Part shown: positions 37,395 through 46,795 of the stretch, piece by piece
How positions within the stretch are numbered: position 1 is the stretch's first letter
Layout: every line of letters begins with the position of its first letter
IMG/VR virus record: IMGVR_UViG_3300042482_000702
Span: 11,355 to 75,354 of that record
DNA from: a virus
Strand: one strand, 5' to 3'
DNA: 64,000 nt
Translations under genes and position numbers: made by a program
Notes under the pieces: generated by a model
Told to the model about the DNA's origin: nothing
What the model saw: only the letters and a program-made list of their open reading frames with translations
Databases searched by the model: none

Positions 37395-38093
37395 ATGCAA
37401 CCAGAAATAACAGAAGACCAATTAAAATCCCTTAAACTATTCGCAATCTATTGTAGAGGTTACGGAGCCGATGAAGTTAATTACACAATATACACAATGA
37501 ATTGTGAGGAAGATTGGAGAGACGATAGATTTTATCCAACTAACGGGGTTAGTGGTATCGAAGGATATGATAGGATTAATGAAGTTCTTGACCAAATTAT
37601 TGACCAAAACGAGTTATTTGAAAATAGTGTCACCGATTGTGAATATAGAGGACAATTAGTATTTAATATTGATTGTAAAGAAAGAACATTAACAGTAAAC
37701 GCTTGGGAATGGCAATACGGAACCAATGAATCTTCAGCATCTTGGACATTAGAAGAGATTAAAAATGATGATGAAGATTATTATAACGAAGTTATTCGGG
37801 TATTTGAAATGTTAGGTGATGGTAGAACAGCAAGTGTTAGTTTTGAAGGAAGTGGTGACTCAGGTTCTCTTAATGATTATATGGATATTGAGGGTCAAAG
37901 TGAAGATATTTCGGCAGGTCTTGAAGATTTATTATATAAATTATTATCTAATCATTATGATGGTTGGGAAAATAACGAAGGTGCTAGTGGAGATTTTATA
38001 TTTAATCCCTCCGATGGTGAGATACAATTAGAATTTCTTGAGAATACCGAAGAAGAAGTTTCAGTCCCACTAAATTTCACAATAAAATTTTAA
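37395..38093 (+). CDS. acidic hypothetical protein (232 aa)
   Basis: ORF followed by terminator 38097-38125. Confidence 0.5.
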   Translation: MQPEITEDQLKSLKLFAIYCRGYGADEVNYTIYTMNCEEDWRDDRFYPTNGVSGIEGYDRINEVLDQIIDQNELFENSVTDCEYRGQLVFNIDCKERTLTVNAWEWQYGTNESSASWTLEEIKNDDEDYYNEVIRVFEMLGDGRTASVSFEGSGDSGSLNDYMDIEGQSEDISAGLEDLLYKLLSNHYDGWENNEGASGDFIFNPSDGEIQLEFLENTEEEVSVPLNFTIKF

Positions 38094-38096
38094 TAA

Positions 38097-38125
38097 AAAA
38101 CCCCACCGAAAGATGGGGTTTTTAT
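38097..38125. terminator. bidirectional rho-independent terminator
   Basis: AAAACCCCACC-gaaaga-TGGGGTTTTT between convergent genes. Confidence 0.5.
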
Positions 38126-38132
38126 TTATGAT

Positions 38133-38879
38133 TTAAATCATTTTAAGGATGATTTCGGTTTTACCTTCCCATTTTATGATTTTAGATTTTGGTATCCAAA
38201 ATTCCATCTCACCAATCTCATCAACCTTTTTTAGATACTCCTCTCTAAATCTTTCAGTCTGACTTCTGTCGGTGATATAAGGGATTCCCATATGTTTAGA
38301 ACATAACTTACCAACTCCGGTTAACATAGAGAACTCATCGGTCAATGTTTTAGCACAACATCTACAAATATCACCTCGTTTAATTGTCATCTTACCCTCA
38401 AATTTAACCGCTTTTGGCGAAACACCCAATACTTTAGTAATATCAATTAAAATTGGGTTAAACTTTAATCCGTATTTTTCTTTCAAATCCTGACCGATTG
38501 TTCTACCAATTTTAAGAGTCTCACCAGGAGTGGGAATTTTTAATTGGAGAGTTTTTTTCTTATCAGACTCTTTTTGAATTTGATTCAGTGCCGCTCTAAC
38601 TTGACTATCGGTTAAAGTCCCGTAGGTTATTAATTTATTTTTAATGTCCACCATAAATACATTAGTACCATCATATTTAGCGATTTTTTGTAAGTCTTCA
38701 GACATTTCCTCAACTTTAACCACCTGAACACTTTTAAGTGCTTTTTCAGCGAATTCAAGTTGTTTTGGAGTTAAATTACCCCATTTTTTTAATGAAGCTT
38801 TAAGATTTAAAAGAAATGGAATAGTACCTTCGTAGTTTCTTACTCTTGAGAAGATAGTCGATGTTGATGTAGTTGTCAT
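38133..38879 (-). CDS. hypothetical protein (248 aa)
   Basis: ORF; TATCTTTG at 38908-38915 upstream. Confidence 0.5.
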   Translation of the reverse strand: MTTTSTSTIFSRVRNYEGTIPFLLNLKASLKKWGNLTPKQLEFAEKALKSVQVVKVEEMSEDLQKIAKYDGTNVFMVDIKNKLITYGTLTDSQVRAALNQIQKESDKKKTLQLKIPTPGETLKIGRTIGQDLKEKYGLKFNPILIDITKVLGVSPKAVKFEGKMTIKRGDICRCCAKTLTDEFSMLTGVGKLCSKHMGIPYITDRSQTERFREEYLKKVDEIGEMEFWIPKSKIIKWEGKTEIILKMI

Positions 38880-38977
38880 AGGATGTTTGTTTTTAGTTTT
38901 GTGAGTACAAAGATAAGCCTTTATTTCATATAACCAAACTTTTTATAAAAAAAAAAGGAACAAAATGTTCCTTTAAT

Positions 38978-39916
38978 TTAATGTATGAATTCAAATGTAG
39001 AATTATCCTCCGATAAATACTTTTCATTACTTGAGATTATTTGTCGTTTTATCCCATTTTCAACCTCTTCAACAAATCCCGGAATATTTTGGTAGTCATT
39101 ATCTACAACCATTTTATTATTAACAACTTTACCGGCTTTAATTATTGTAATAATAATTTTAATTTTCCCATCTTCTTCTTTAATATCTGAAATGGTATAA
39201 CTCACTTTTTTTGCCGTATCACCATAACCCAAAGTCAATAATTTTTTAGAACCAACTAATTCAGATTTAATTTTTGTTGTAAAATTTACCACTTTTGCAT
39301 TATTAATCTCCTCTAAAGTATAAACACCATACATAAGACCTTTAATATCGTCTTGAGTAACTTTTATAACATCACTCTTTAAATCCGAACTATAACTTAT
39401 CGGATTAACTTGGGACATTTGTTTTCTTGTAGAACTTGAATAGGTGTCAGAGGTTTTAAACCATTTATCATTAATAAATAAATAAACAGGATACCATCCA
39501 TATGATGTTATAACATAATACCATTCATTTTTTCTATTAACATCCCACTTACCTTCAATGTTTGAACCCTTAAAAGGAATTTTAGCTGAACTATATTCTG
39601 AAGCTTTATTATTTGGAGTCTTACTTTGTTTAAATAATCTATAATCTTTGAAGTTCTCTTTGGTTAAATTTTCATAGTCCCCGTCTTCCCTAAAATTCGC
39701 AGTATAAACCTCATAGTAGAATAAAGCATCGTTAGATGGTAACCCAAAAACATCCATCATCGATTTAATTAAATCAACTAATACTTTTTTAGTTTTTGTT
39801 TGATGTTTGTGTTTGTTAAGGTATTTGAAAAGTAATATTTCTTTTTTTGATAAAGGATTATCATTCTCACCACCCTCAAGTTGTTCTTTTAATATTTTCT
39901 TAATTAAATCTCTCAT
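38978..39916 (-). CDS. hypothetical protein with MRDLIKKILKEQ leader (~312 aa)
   Basis: Start set at internal ATG giving shared leader and abutting upstream stop codon. Confidence 0.5.
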   Translation of the reverse strand: MRDLIKKILKEQLEGGENDNPLSKKEILLFKYLNKHKHQTKTKKVLVDLIKSMMDVFGLPSNDALFYYEVYTANFREDGDYENLTKENFKDYRLFKQSKTPNNKASEYSSAKIPFKGSNIEGKWDVNRKNEWYYVITSYGWYPVYLFINDKWFKTSDTYSSSTRKQMSQVNPISYSSDLKSDVIKVTQDDIKGLMYGVYTLEEINNAKVVNFTTKIKSELVGSKKLLTLGYGDTAKKVSYTISDIKEEDGKIKIIITIIKAGKVVNNKMVVDNDYQNIPGFVEEVENGIKRQIISSNEKYLSEDNSTFEFIH

Positions 39917-39917
39917 T

Positions 39918-40517
39918 TTAGAAATAAGTTTGCTCAAAATATAATACTTGGAATTTATCGTTTTTATCAATTAAATTACTAGCATTGATTAAATCATTAT
40001 ATTCTACAACAGCATTTTTTTGAAATTTTCTAAATTTAGTTAAAACATCAAAAGTTGTAATATCATCATTAAATAATGATTGTGAGTTTTTATTATATTC
40101 ATTCATTAATCCTAACTCCATTTTATATGCTCCGTGAACAATATCAATTAAATTTGAAAAATTATATTTTGTTGGTGCTTGGGGTATTTCCGGTTGAACA
40201 TTAAAGTCCACCATATATTCTTGTAGAGTCTGAGCATGTGTTAATTCATCTGCCGCCTCATTTGTAAAAAATTCTGCAGCTTTTTTATAATTCATATCCT
40301 GACACCAATTAGATGCCGCTCTATAATAATAATGCGCAGTATATTCATCTTTAATTCTATCAGTAAGAATTTTGATTGTTTTTGTGTCTAACTTATATAA
40401 TGTAACCTTACTAATTTTATTTAAGGTATTATCGCTTTCAACAATAACTTCTTCATTAGATAATTCCATATTTTTAATTTGTTGGAACATTTTGTCTGTT
40501 AATGATTTATTTTCCAT
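39918..40517 (-). CDS. ferritin-like di-iron protein (199 aa)
   Basis: EYTAHYYYRAASNW and NEAADELTHAQTLQEYM blocks resemble ferritin helix A/B (E..Y.Y and E..H ligands). Confidence 0.5.
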   Translation of the reverse strand: MENKSLTDKMFQQIKNMELSNEEVIVESDNTLNKISKVTLYKLDTKTIKILTDRIKDEYTAHYYYRAASNWCQDMNYKKAAEFFTNEAADELTHAQTLQEYMVDFNVQPEIPQAPTKYNFSNLIDIVHGAYKMELGLMNEYNKNSQSLFNDDITTFDVLTKFRKFQKNAVVEYNDLINASNLIDKNDKFQVLYFEQTYF

Positions 40518-40534
40518 TTTTTAATTATTTTAAT

Positions 40535-40882
40535 TTATTTACCAATTATTATATCACTATAATCTAATTTACCCATACCATCAACATCTTTTTCATCAAT
40601 AACTTCATCATACATAAATGCTTTCACGACAGATGTTATACTTTCTTCAGATTGAGCGATTTTACTTTCCATCCAATCATCAAGTTGTTCTCCGTCTTCT
40701 AATTGTTCCCACATTTTATGAGCCAAAGTTGCTATTATAAATAATTGTTGTTTAGCCATATAAGAACCTTTACCATCGTTTTCTTTAATGGTTTTCATTT
40801 TTGTTACCAATTTTTCAAATTGTTTTTCAGTAAGTATAATGTTTTTCATATTCAGTTTATTTATAAATATACCATAAAACAA
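40535..40882 (-). CDS. hypothetical protein (~105 aa from MKNIILTEKQFEKL)
   Basis: ORF with leader at internal ATG. Confidence 0.45.
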   Translation of the reverse strand: MFYGIFINKLNMKNIILTEKQFEKLVTKMKTIKENDGKGSYMAKQQLFIIATLAHKMWEQLEDGEQLDDWMESKIAQSEESITSVVKAFMYDEVIDEKDVDGMGKLDYSDIIIGK

Positions 40883-40883
40883 A

Positions 40884-40908
40884 AAACCCCCACTATTGTG
40901 AGGGTTAA
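40884..40908. terminator. rho-independent terminator
   Basis: AACCCCCAC-tattgt-GAGGGTT. Confidence 0.45.
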
Positions 40909-40958
40909 TTTTGGACCGACAGATGTCGGCGACTCCACCATCCTATTTTTAAAGAGAA

Positions 40959-41462
40959 TCAGGAAAACTCCGCACTTGTTGATACTCTGAGACCATCAAC
41001 ATTTTTATCATAATAACTTGACATATTAAATGAACTAGGTCTGTAATTAGGTTTCTTGCGTTGTTCTTCCATATAATTGTCATCCAACACATAACCATCC
41101 GGTTGACCCCACTCTAACGCCATCTTAATAAACTCTTCAGTGTCTTGTAATTCACCATATTCATCAATAATTCTACCTGACCGGATGAACTTCAAAAGTT
41201 CTTCTTTATTACTATAGAATTTATTGTCTTGAAAATTCCAAAGAAATTTCCAACCTCCACTTCTCTTTCCAATATGGATTCTCATATCGTCCAAGAACAC
41301 ATCCCAAGGAGATAAGTAATCAAACCCTCTCTCAGTAGTTCTAAAGTCGTTTCTAATGTTATCCGGACACCATATATCCAAATTATTTATTTCTTCAACC
41401 AGCTTAAGATATTTCTCTCTAACCTCAGTTGCTTTTGGTATTTTATAGTAATTAGTAGACAT
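40959..41462 (-). CDS. hypothetical protein (167 aa)
   Basis: ORF; HIGKRSGGWKF motif of unknown meaning. Confidence 0.5.
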   Translation of the reverse strand: MSTNYYKIPKATEVREKYLKLVEEINNLDIWCPDNIRNDFRTTERGFDYLSPWDVFLDDMRIHIGKRSGGWKFLWNFQDNKFYSNKEELLKFIRSGRIIDEYGELQDTEEFIKMALEWGQPDGYVLDDNYMEEQRKKPNYRPSSFNMSSYYDKNVDGLRVSTSAEFS

Positions 41463-41464
41463 AG

Positions 41465-41701
41465 TTATCTTTCTTGTTTATAAATGAATAAAGTATCAAT
41501 TGTTTTTCCGTCAGTTGTTAATCTTTTTTCCGGGACGATGATTTTTCTACTTTGGATTGTGGTCTCACCCGACATTCCCCATAATAAAACTATTAAACAA
41601 GTTAACACCCCAATAAACCAACCTACCATAAATACACCGGTTAAACCTCCTGTATGATTTGTACCGTCTTTTGAATCTCTTCCGGTTGTAGTATTTCTCA
41701 T
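41465..41701 (-). CDS. small membrane protein (78 aa)
   Basis: TM helix GWFIGVLTCLIVLLWGM. Confidence 0.35.
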   Translation of the reverse strand: MRNTTTGRDSKDGTNHTGGLTGVFMVGWFIGVLTCLIVLLWGMSGETTIQSRKIIVPEKRLTTDGKTIDTLFIYKQER

Positions 41702-41710
41702 ATTTACACT

Positions 41711-42109
41711 TTAATTAAAATATTCTATGGAATCTTTAAAATTTTCATTGGTAAATATTCGGAGAGCGGTATCAAATAGTTGTAAGTAAAGCACATTCCC
41801 CTTATCTTTATTTATACACTTAACCAATTGATATTTAGTACCATTATTAGTAACACCTGTCTCAACTTTACCGGAACTATATAATAACACTTTATTATTC
41901 CCAAAATACAAACCAATATCTGTACCGTTATTCTCATTATACACAATAGTGGTTAAACTATGTTGAGCCGCTTCAGGGACATCATTCTTTGTGATAATGT
42001 ATTTTGTGTATTTTCTAACGAATGTTCCGTTATTAGCACTTTCTTGACCAAACATTGATAATGACACAACAATCATTAAACCTAACAGTAATTTTTTCAT
42101 AATATTCAT
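41711..42109 (-). CDS. secreted hypothetical protein (132 aa)
   Basis: Signal peptide MNIMKKLLLGLMIVVSLSMFGQ. Confidence 0.45.
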   Translation of the reverse strand: MNIMKKLLLGLMIVVSLSMFGQESANNGTFVRKYTKYIITKNDVPEAAQHSLTTIVYNENNGTDIGLYFGNNKVLLYSSGKVETGVTNNGTKYQLVKCINKDKGNVLYLQLFDTALRIFTNENFKDSIEYFN

Positions 42110-42111
42110 TT

Positions 42112-42294
42112 TTATTTATCTTTAATATCCAAGTAACCCACTATCGCCCCCACACCAGTTAAACTAGCCACCGTATATACAGCCTCAGCCTTACCTATTG
42201 GTTCCCAATTACACTGAAGTGCTTTTATAATACACTTAACCTCTCCCACAATCAAAACTACCACAATCAATATTGCTATGATTCCTGTTTTCAT
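42112..42294 (-). CDS. small membrane protein, holin-like candidate (60 aa)
   Basis: Two hydrophobic segments in 60 aa. Confidence 0.35.
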   Translation of the reverse strand: MKTGIIAILIVVVLIVGEVKCIIKALQCNWEPIGKAEAVYTVASLTGVGAIVGYLDIKDK

Positions 42295-42305
42295 AATATT
42301 TATTT

Positions 42306-42581
42306 TTATTTAGTTACTAACGCCTCTACTTTACTTCTCATATGGTCCGCCAAATCATAATCATTAACTGATGTTACGATGATGGAATCCACCAAATATT
42401 TATAAGGAATGTGGATTAAAAAATCCGTCCCGTTGAAGAACGACAAATCATTCTTTAACTCAATACATCCTTGAACCATCTTCAAAAATAACTTGAATTG
42501 GATTGCATCCACGAATGTTTCGTGTAATAGTTTTCCGAACTTCTCGTTCTCAATTCTAATTGTGTGAGTGTTTGTTGTCAT
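42306..42581 (-). CDS. hypothetical protein (91 aa)
   Basis: ORF with TATCTTTG at 42602-42609. Confidence 0.4.
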   Translation of the reverse strand: MTTNTHTIRIENEKFGKLLHETFVDAIQFKLFLKMVQGCIELKNDLSFFNGTDFLIHIPYKYLVDSIIVTSVNDYDLADHMRSKVEALVTK

Positions 42582-42638
42582 ATGTTTTAGTTTCTATGGT
42601 ACAAAGATAATTCTTTTTTTGATAATACCAAACTTTTT

Positions 42639-42893
42639 TTAATATTTTTCAATATTATATGAACCACAGATTCTGTGCTCTCTATTATACTCATCTTTGA
42701 ATGTAATACATCCGTTTTTCTCCACATATGTATTAGTGAAAAAATTTGTGTTTTGAGTTCTATTACCCGAAATGGTAATTTCATAATAATGTCCATTTAT
42801 TGAGACACGACTTACCATATACATTCTGTGTCCAATAATAACAAAAACAAATAAAAAAATAACACCCACCAAAGTCAATAACTTACTTACCAT
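42639..42893 (-). CDS. membrane-anchored hypothetical protein (84 aa)
   Basis: N-terminal TM; extended promoter ATCAAAAATAGTATTATCTTTG at 42917-42945. Confidence 0.4.
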   Translation of the reverse strand: MVSKLLTLVGVIFLFVFVIIGHRMYMVSRVSINGHYYEITISGNRTQNTNFFTNTYVEKNGCITFKDEYNREHRICGSYNIEKY

Positions 42894-42964
42894 ATTAATT
42901 TAATTTAAATTCCCGACAAAGATAATACTATTTTTGATAATACCAAGCATTTTTTTTAATTATT

Positions 42965-43702
42965 TTATTGTTCCGTTGTTGGTTTCAACCATAACAATTT
43001 GTTTTCAAAAATATAATTCTTTAATGTTGGAAAATAATACAACATCTCCAAAGTTTTTAATGTGTCGTGTTTGAAACATTTTAATAGTTCCTCTCGGATT
43101 CTTTCCGTTGAAACCACCCCCATTTTATTTTCATAGTCATAGTTGTTGATATAGTAATCCAAAAACTTTAAACTAAACCCTTTTGTAATTGAGAATCTGA
43201 TAGCCCTTAAAATACGAAGAGGGTCATCATTAAAAGTTTCTTTACAAGATTTTGGAGTAATTAAAACTTTTCTTTCCAAATCAAGTCGTCCATTAAAATA
43301 ATCAATGATGGTACCATCCTCATCTTTAGCGAGAGCATTTAATGTGAAGTCACGTCTCTCTAAATCATCATATAATGTTCCCGGTTTAACGATTGGTGTT
43401 CTTGTTCCCGGAATGTACCCAACTTCTTTACGAGCCATCACAAAGTCAGCAACACCGCTATACTTGTGGTCTTTTGGGAATTTAGCTCTGATGGTAAAAC
43501 AATCCGCAGTAATTAAGAAGATTTCAAACTTCTCATCTCTCAAATATTGTTCCAACATAGAGAACATAGATTCCGCAGTATCAAAGTCCTGAAGTAATTT
43601 ATCACTTGGAACCGCAACATAATCCACGTCCTTAGATTCAAGACCTAAAATCTCGTCTCTAACTTTTCCCCCGACCTCATAAAACTTAAACATATTTTCC
43701 AT
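42965..43702 (-). CDS. cca: tRNA nucleotidyltransferase (CCA-adding enzyme head/neck, 245 aa)
   Basis: GGKVRDEILG...DVDYV, RRDFTLNA and DDPLRILRAIRF blocks = class II nucleotidyltransferase signature. Confidence 0.85.
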   Translation of the reverse strand: MENMFKFYEVGGKVRDEILGLESKDVDYVAVPSDKLLQDFDTAESMFSMLEQYLRDEKFEIFLITADCFTIRAKFPKDHKYSGVADFVMARKEVGYIPGTRTPIVKPGTLYDDLERRDFTLNALAKDEDGTIIDYFNGRLDLERKVLITPKSCKETFNDDPLRILRAIRFSITKGFSLKFLDYYINNYDYENKMGVVSTERIREELLKCFKHDTLKTLEMLYYFPTLKNYIFENKLLWLKPTTEQ

Positions 43703-43707
43703 TTTTT

Positions 43708-43950
43708 CTATTTATTTTCATTCATTGGATATAAAATTGTTTGTAATGTCGCCTTGTACGCGGAAGATTTGAATGGGTCTTTTTGATGTTGTATCACAGC
43801 ACCCTCAAATAACTCAATCGCCTTATCTAATCCATCATATTGAGCTATCATTCTACCTGCGGCAGGAATCGTAAATGGATTACTCACTTTATGTTTATCA
43901 CATATGTTATCAATCGTCTCTTTAATTCTTTCTTGAAATGTCTTTTCCAT
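43708..43950 (-). CDS. hypothetical protein (80 aa)
   Basis: ORF. Confidence 0.4.
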   Translation of the reverse strand: MEKTFQERIKETIDNICDKHKVSNPFTIPAAGRMIAQYDGLDKAIELFEGAVIQHQKDPFKSSAYKATLQTILYPMNENK

Positions 43951-44294
43951 TATCGTTTAATTACATAATTATTTGACTGATATGTGGTAGTTTTTCTTTC
44001 TTTCTTTTCAATCCAACCATCTCTCAACACTCTTTTAACCGGACCTAATCCAAACCAACTTTTATAATCTTTAAAGGCGCTGTCCGTAAATAATTCTTCC
44101 TTACCCAATTCACTACTAAACATATTACATTCCATAATACATTTTTCACCGGTAATATTAATTACACCAAGTTCATCATCAATCTCAACAACAACATTAT
44201 AATGTTTATCAAAATTATTATAGTCGGAAGTATTGATTGTTACCGAACCATAACGATAAGAAACACCACATTTATCAAAAGTTAATTTTCTCAT
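43950..44294 (-). CDS. hypothetical protein (114 aa)
   Basis: ORF. Confidence 0.45.
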   Translation of the reverse strand: MRKLTFDKCGVSYRYGSVTINTSDYNNFDKHYNVVVEIDDELGVINITGEKCIMECNMFSSELGKEELFTDSAFKDYKSWFGLGPVKRVLRDGWIEKKERKTTTYQSNNYVIKR

Positions 44295-44461
44295 AATTTA
44301 TTTTTAAGTTTCTTAATTTTTAATCTTGACCATCTTACACCTAATTCATTCTCTTTCATTACCATCTCCCTATATACTAAATTCCACCACCAAAGCAATA
44401 TTTTGTTTAACATATTAATTTATTTTAAGCAAAGATAATACTATTTTTGATATAAACAAAA

Positions 44462-44497
44462 AAAACCTCAACAAATTTTACTCTGTTGAGGTTTTTA
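44462..44497. terminator. rho-independent terminator
   Basis: CCTCAACA-aattttactc-TGTTGAGG flanked by A8/T5. Confidence 0.5.
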
Positions 44498-44564
44498 TTA
44501 TACCAACCATAGAAAGGGGTTGTTGGCTGAATGAGTATATAAATATGTTGTAAAATTAGAAAAG

Positions 44565-44990
44565 TTAATCTTTTTTTAACAATCTCATAATTAATTTACA
44601 TAATTGGTCGTTTTTATTATCAAATGGTAGATTTTCAAGGTTAAAATACCCACATTCGGTATGTTCTTCACCATCTTTTGCATTTTCTAAATCCGGATTT
44701 ATTGGTTCGTCTGTTTCCATCATAAAAACATACATCAAACCTTTTATTTCCGAACCTTCACGATTATATCTCTTAACAAACCCAACTAATTTTAAATCAT
44801 TATCTAATGTATAGTTAGTCTCTTCTTTGAATTCGCGTTTTACACCATCCATAGGGTGTTCCCCCTTTTCCAAATGACCACAAGGAATACTCCATTGTCC
44901 TGGTAACTCACCTGTAGCGTTTCTTTTACAAAGCAAAACCTCATCACCACATTTAACTATTACCCCGGAATATCGTTTAACCTCTTTCAT
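44565..44990 (-). CDS. NUDIX hydrolase (141 aa)
   Basis: Nudix box GHLEKGEHPMDGVKREFKEETN (Gx5Ex7REuxEExGu). Confidence 0.75.
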   Translation of the reverse strand: MKEVKRYSGVIVKCGDEVLLCKRNATGELPGQWSIPCGHLEKGEHPMDGVKREFKEETNYTLDNDLKLVGFVKRYNREGSEIKGLMYVFMMETDEPINPDLENAKDGEEHTECGYFNLENLPFDNKNDQLCKLIMRLLKKD

Positions 44991-45002
44991 TTTATTAAAT
45001 TT

Positions 45003-45359
45003 ATGATATTTATCTATATGATTATAAATATAGGTAATTCAGAATTCAATGTCAAAGTAGTTTTTTCAAAAAAAGATACATCAAATGGTATGATGGGTAA
45101 AAGATTTGATAAAACCTTTAATGGTATGTTATTTTTAATGTCCGATGGTCAACACGGATTTTGGATGAAAGATTGTGTTATACCTTTAGATATTATTTTC
45201 ATATCAGATAATGTAATTACAAAAATATACCATAATTGTCCACCTTGTAATACCAACGAATGTAAATCATATATTGGTGAAGGAGATACAATCCTTGAAG
45301 TTCAAGGGAACACCTGTAAAAAATTAGGTATTAAAATTGGTGATAAAGTATCCGCATAA
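45003..45359 (+). CDS. DUF192-like small protein (118 aa)
   Basis: FWMKD..IPLDIIF...PC...C pattern reminiscent of COG1430/DUF192. Confidence 0.35.
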   Translation: MIFIYMIINIGNSEFNVKVVFSKKDTSNGMMGKRFDKTFNGMLFLMSDGQHGFWMKDCVIPLDIIFISDNVITKIYHNCPPCNTNECKSYIGEGDTILEVQGNTCKKLGIKIGDKVSA

Positions 45360-45384
45360 AAAATGACCCATTATAGGTCATCTC

Positions 45385-46794
45385 TTATTTTTTTGTTTCA
45401 ATTTTACTTTGTAATACTTTCACAAACTCATTCTGAATCATTTTAACAAACTTTACATAAGGAGAATCGTCAGAGTCCGGATTGTATTTATAATCACCTT
45501 TTGGTGGACGAGTACTTCTACCCATAAAATTTAATCCCGATATGTTTGTAATACATTTGTGTCCTCCACTATTAGATTGGATGAAGTCCCAAGCATTTAC
45601 TTTAATATCATCCAACATCTTTCTATGTTCTTCAGGTAATTCAGAAAAAGGTTTTTCCATCATCTCACCAATGTGAACTAATTTTCCCTTACCATCTTCC
45701 ATTGTCTTATATTCTTTACCATATAAAGCAACAAAATCTTTAAAAGTAAACCCAACTGATTCCCCACTAAAATCTTTCGACGATTCCGATATCCACTTAA
45801 TTGTTGATAAAGGAATTTCTCTTTGTTTTAATTGGTCTTCCCATTTAGATAAAACTTCTTGAGCTATCTCACCTAAATTAACACCTTTTAATTCTCGTTC
45901 TTTTTTAAATGGATTACAGGACGCTTGAACTAACCCTAATGGCCAAGCAATAACTATAAAGTCAGCTTCAGGGTTATTTTTAAATGGTGTATATCTATCG
46001 TAAGAACCTGGTTTAAACATTGACCCACCACCATACTGAACAATAATATTACCCAATACTTTAACATTGGGATTGGTTTTCATTGACTCAACATAGTCTT
46101 CTTTATTTTTTTCAAGTTGTTCAGGTTTCGCATAACCTTTTTCAACCATTATTCTTTTGATGTTGTGTAATATGTTTAACAATGATGGTGTTGATTTCAT
46201 AACCAACTCATCTAAAAACCCAGGTTTGTTTTTAAAAGCTAACAACAATTTATTAGCAACTAATCCCATCGCAGTTTTATTTTTAGACAAAGATTTTTCT
46301 TTATCTAATCTAAATAAATAAGAAATTACTTGGTCAACACTAATATCATTTATAGCGTAATTAGCTGAATCTACAGTAGAGATAAGTAATATATCTTCAT
46401 TTGGAAATATATCTCGTGGAGAGACTATTTGAGATAATGTCTCAACATTTGACCGAGAAGGTCTAAACGATGTTGATGTAGTTTCTTCCGCACCAGCTTG
46501 TCTATCGTGGTGGTCTGTGTGAATCATAAACATTGGTTTACCGTGAGCAAAATCTACCAACACTGGCATAATATCACCACTAGCATCAGGTTTTTTAACC
46601 GCAAATTCTTTATCACCGTATTGGATAATCTCACAATCAACGACTTGAATACCATTACTCTCGAGATATTGTTTCATAGCAATTGCTGAAACAACACCAT
46701 CAAGGTCCATATGATAATATATCTTAGCCTTCTGATATCTTTTAGCAAGAGATTTTATTTCCCTTATCCCACTCTCAATAATTAATTTTTTCAT
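45385..46794 (-). CDS. DHH-family phosphoesterase (NrnA/RecJ-like, 469 aa)
   Basis: DHH motifs: YYHMDLDGVVSA (DxD), VLVDFAHG, and MIHTDHHD (DHH); long C-terminal DHHA1-like region; leader MKKLIIESGIRE. Confidence 0.6.
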   Translation of the reverse strand: MKKLIIESGIREIKSLAKRYQKAKIYYHMDLDGVVSAIAMKQYLESNGIQVVDCEIIQYGDKEFAVKKPDASGDIMPVLVDFAHGKPMFMIHTDHHDRQAGAEETTSTSFRPSRSNVETLSQIVSPRDIFPNEDILLISTVDSANYAINDISVDQVISYLFRLDKEKSLSKNKTAMGLVANKLLLAFKNKPGFLDELVMKSTPSLLNILHNIKRIMVEKGYAKPEQLEKNKEDYVESMKTNPNVKVLGNIIVQYGGGSMFKPGSYDRYTPFKNNPEADFIVIAWPLGLVQASCNPFKKERELKGVNLGEIAQEVLSKWEDQLKQREIPLSTIKWISESSKDFSGESVGFTFKDFVALYGKEYKTMEDGKGKLVHIGEMMEKPFSELPEEHRKMLDDIKVNAWDFIQSNSGGHKCITNISGLNFMGRSTRPPKGDYKYNPDSDDSPYVKFVKMIQNEFVKVLQSKIETKK

Positions 46795-46795
46795 A

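Noticed and set aside
40912-40958. Possible third degenerate copy of the att-like repeat (TTTGGACCGACAGATGTCGGCGACTCC)
   Set aside because: Only short segments (TTGGA-CCGAC, GACTCC) match. It is better explained as a GC-rich palindromic hairpin (CCGACA-GA-TGTCGG) next to a terminator.
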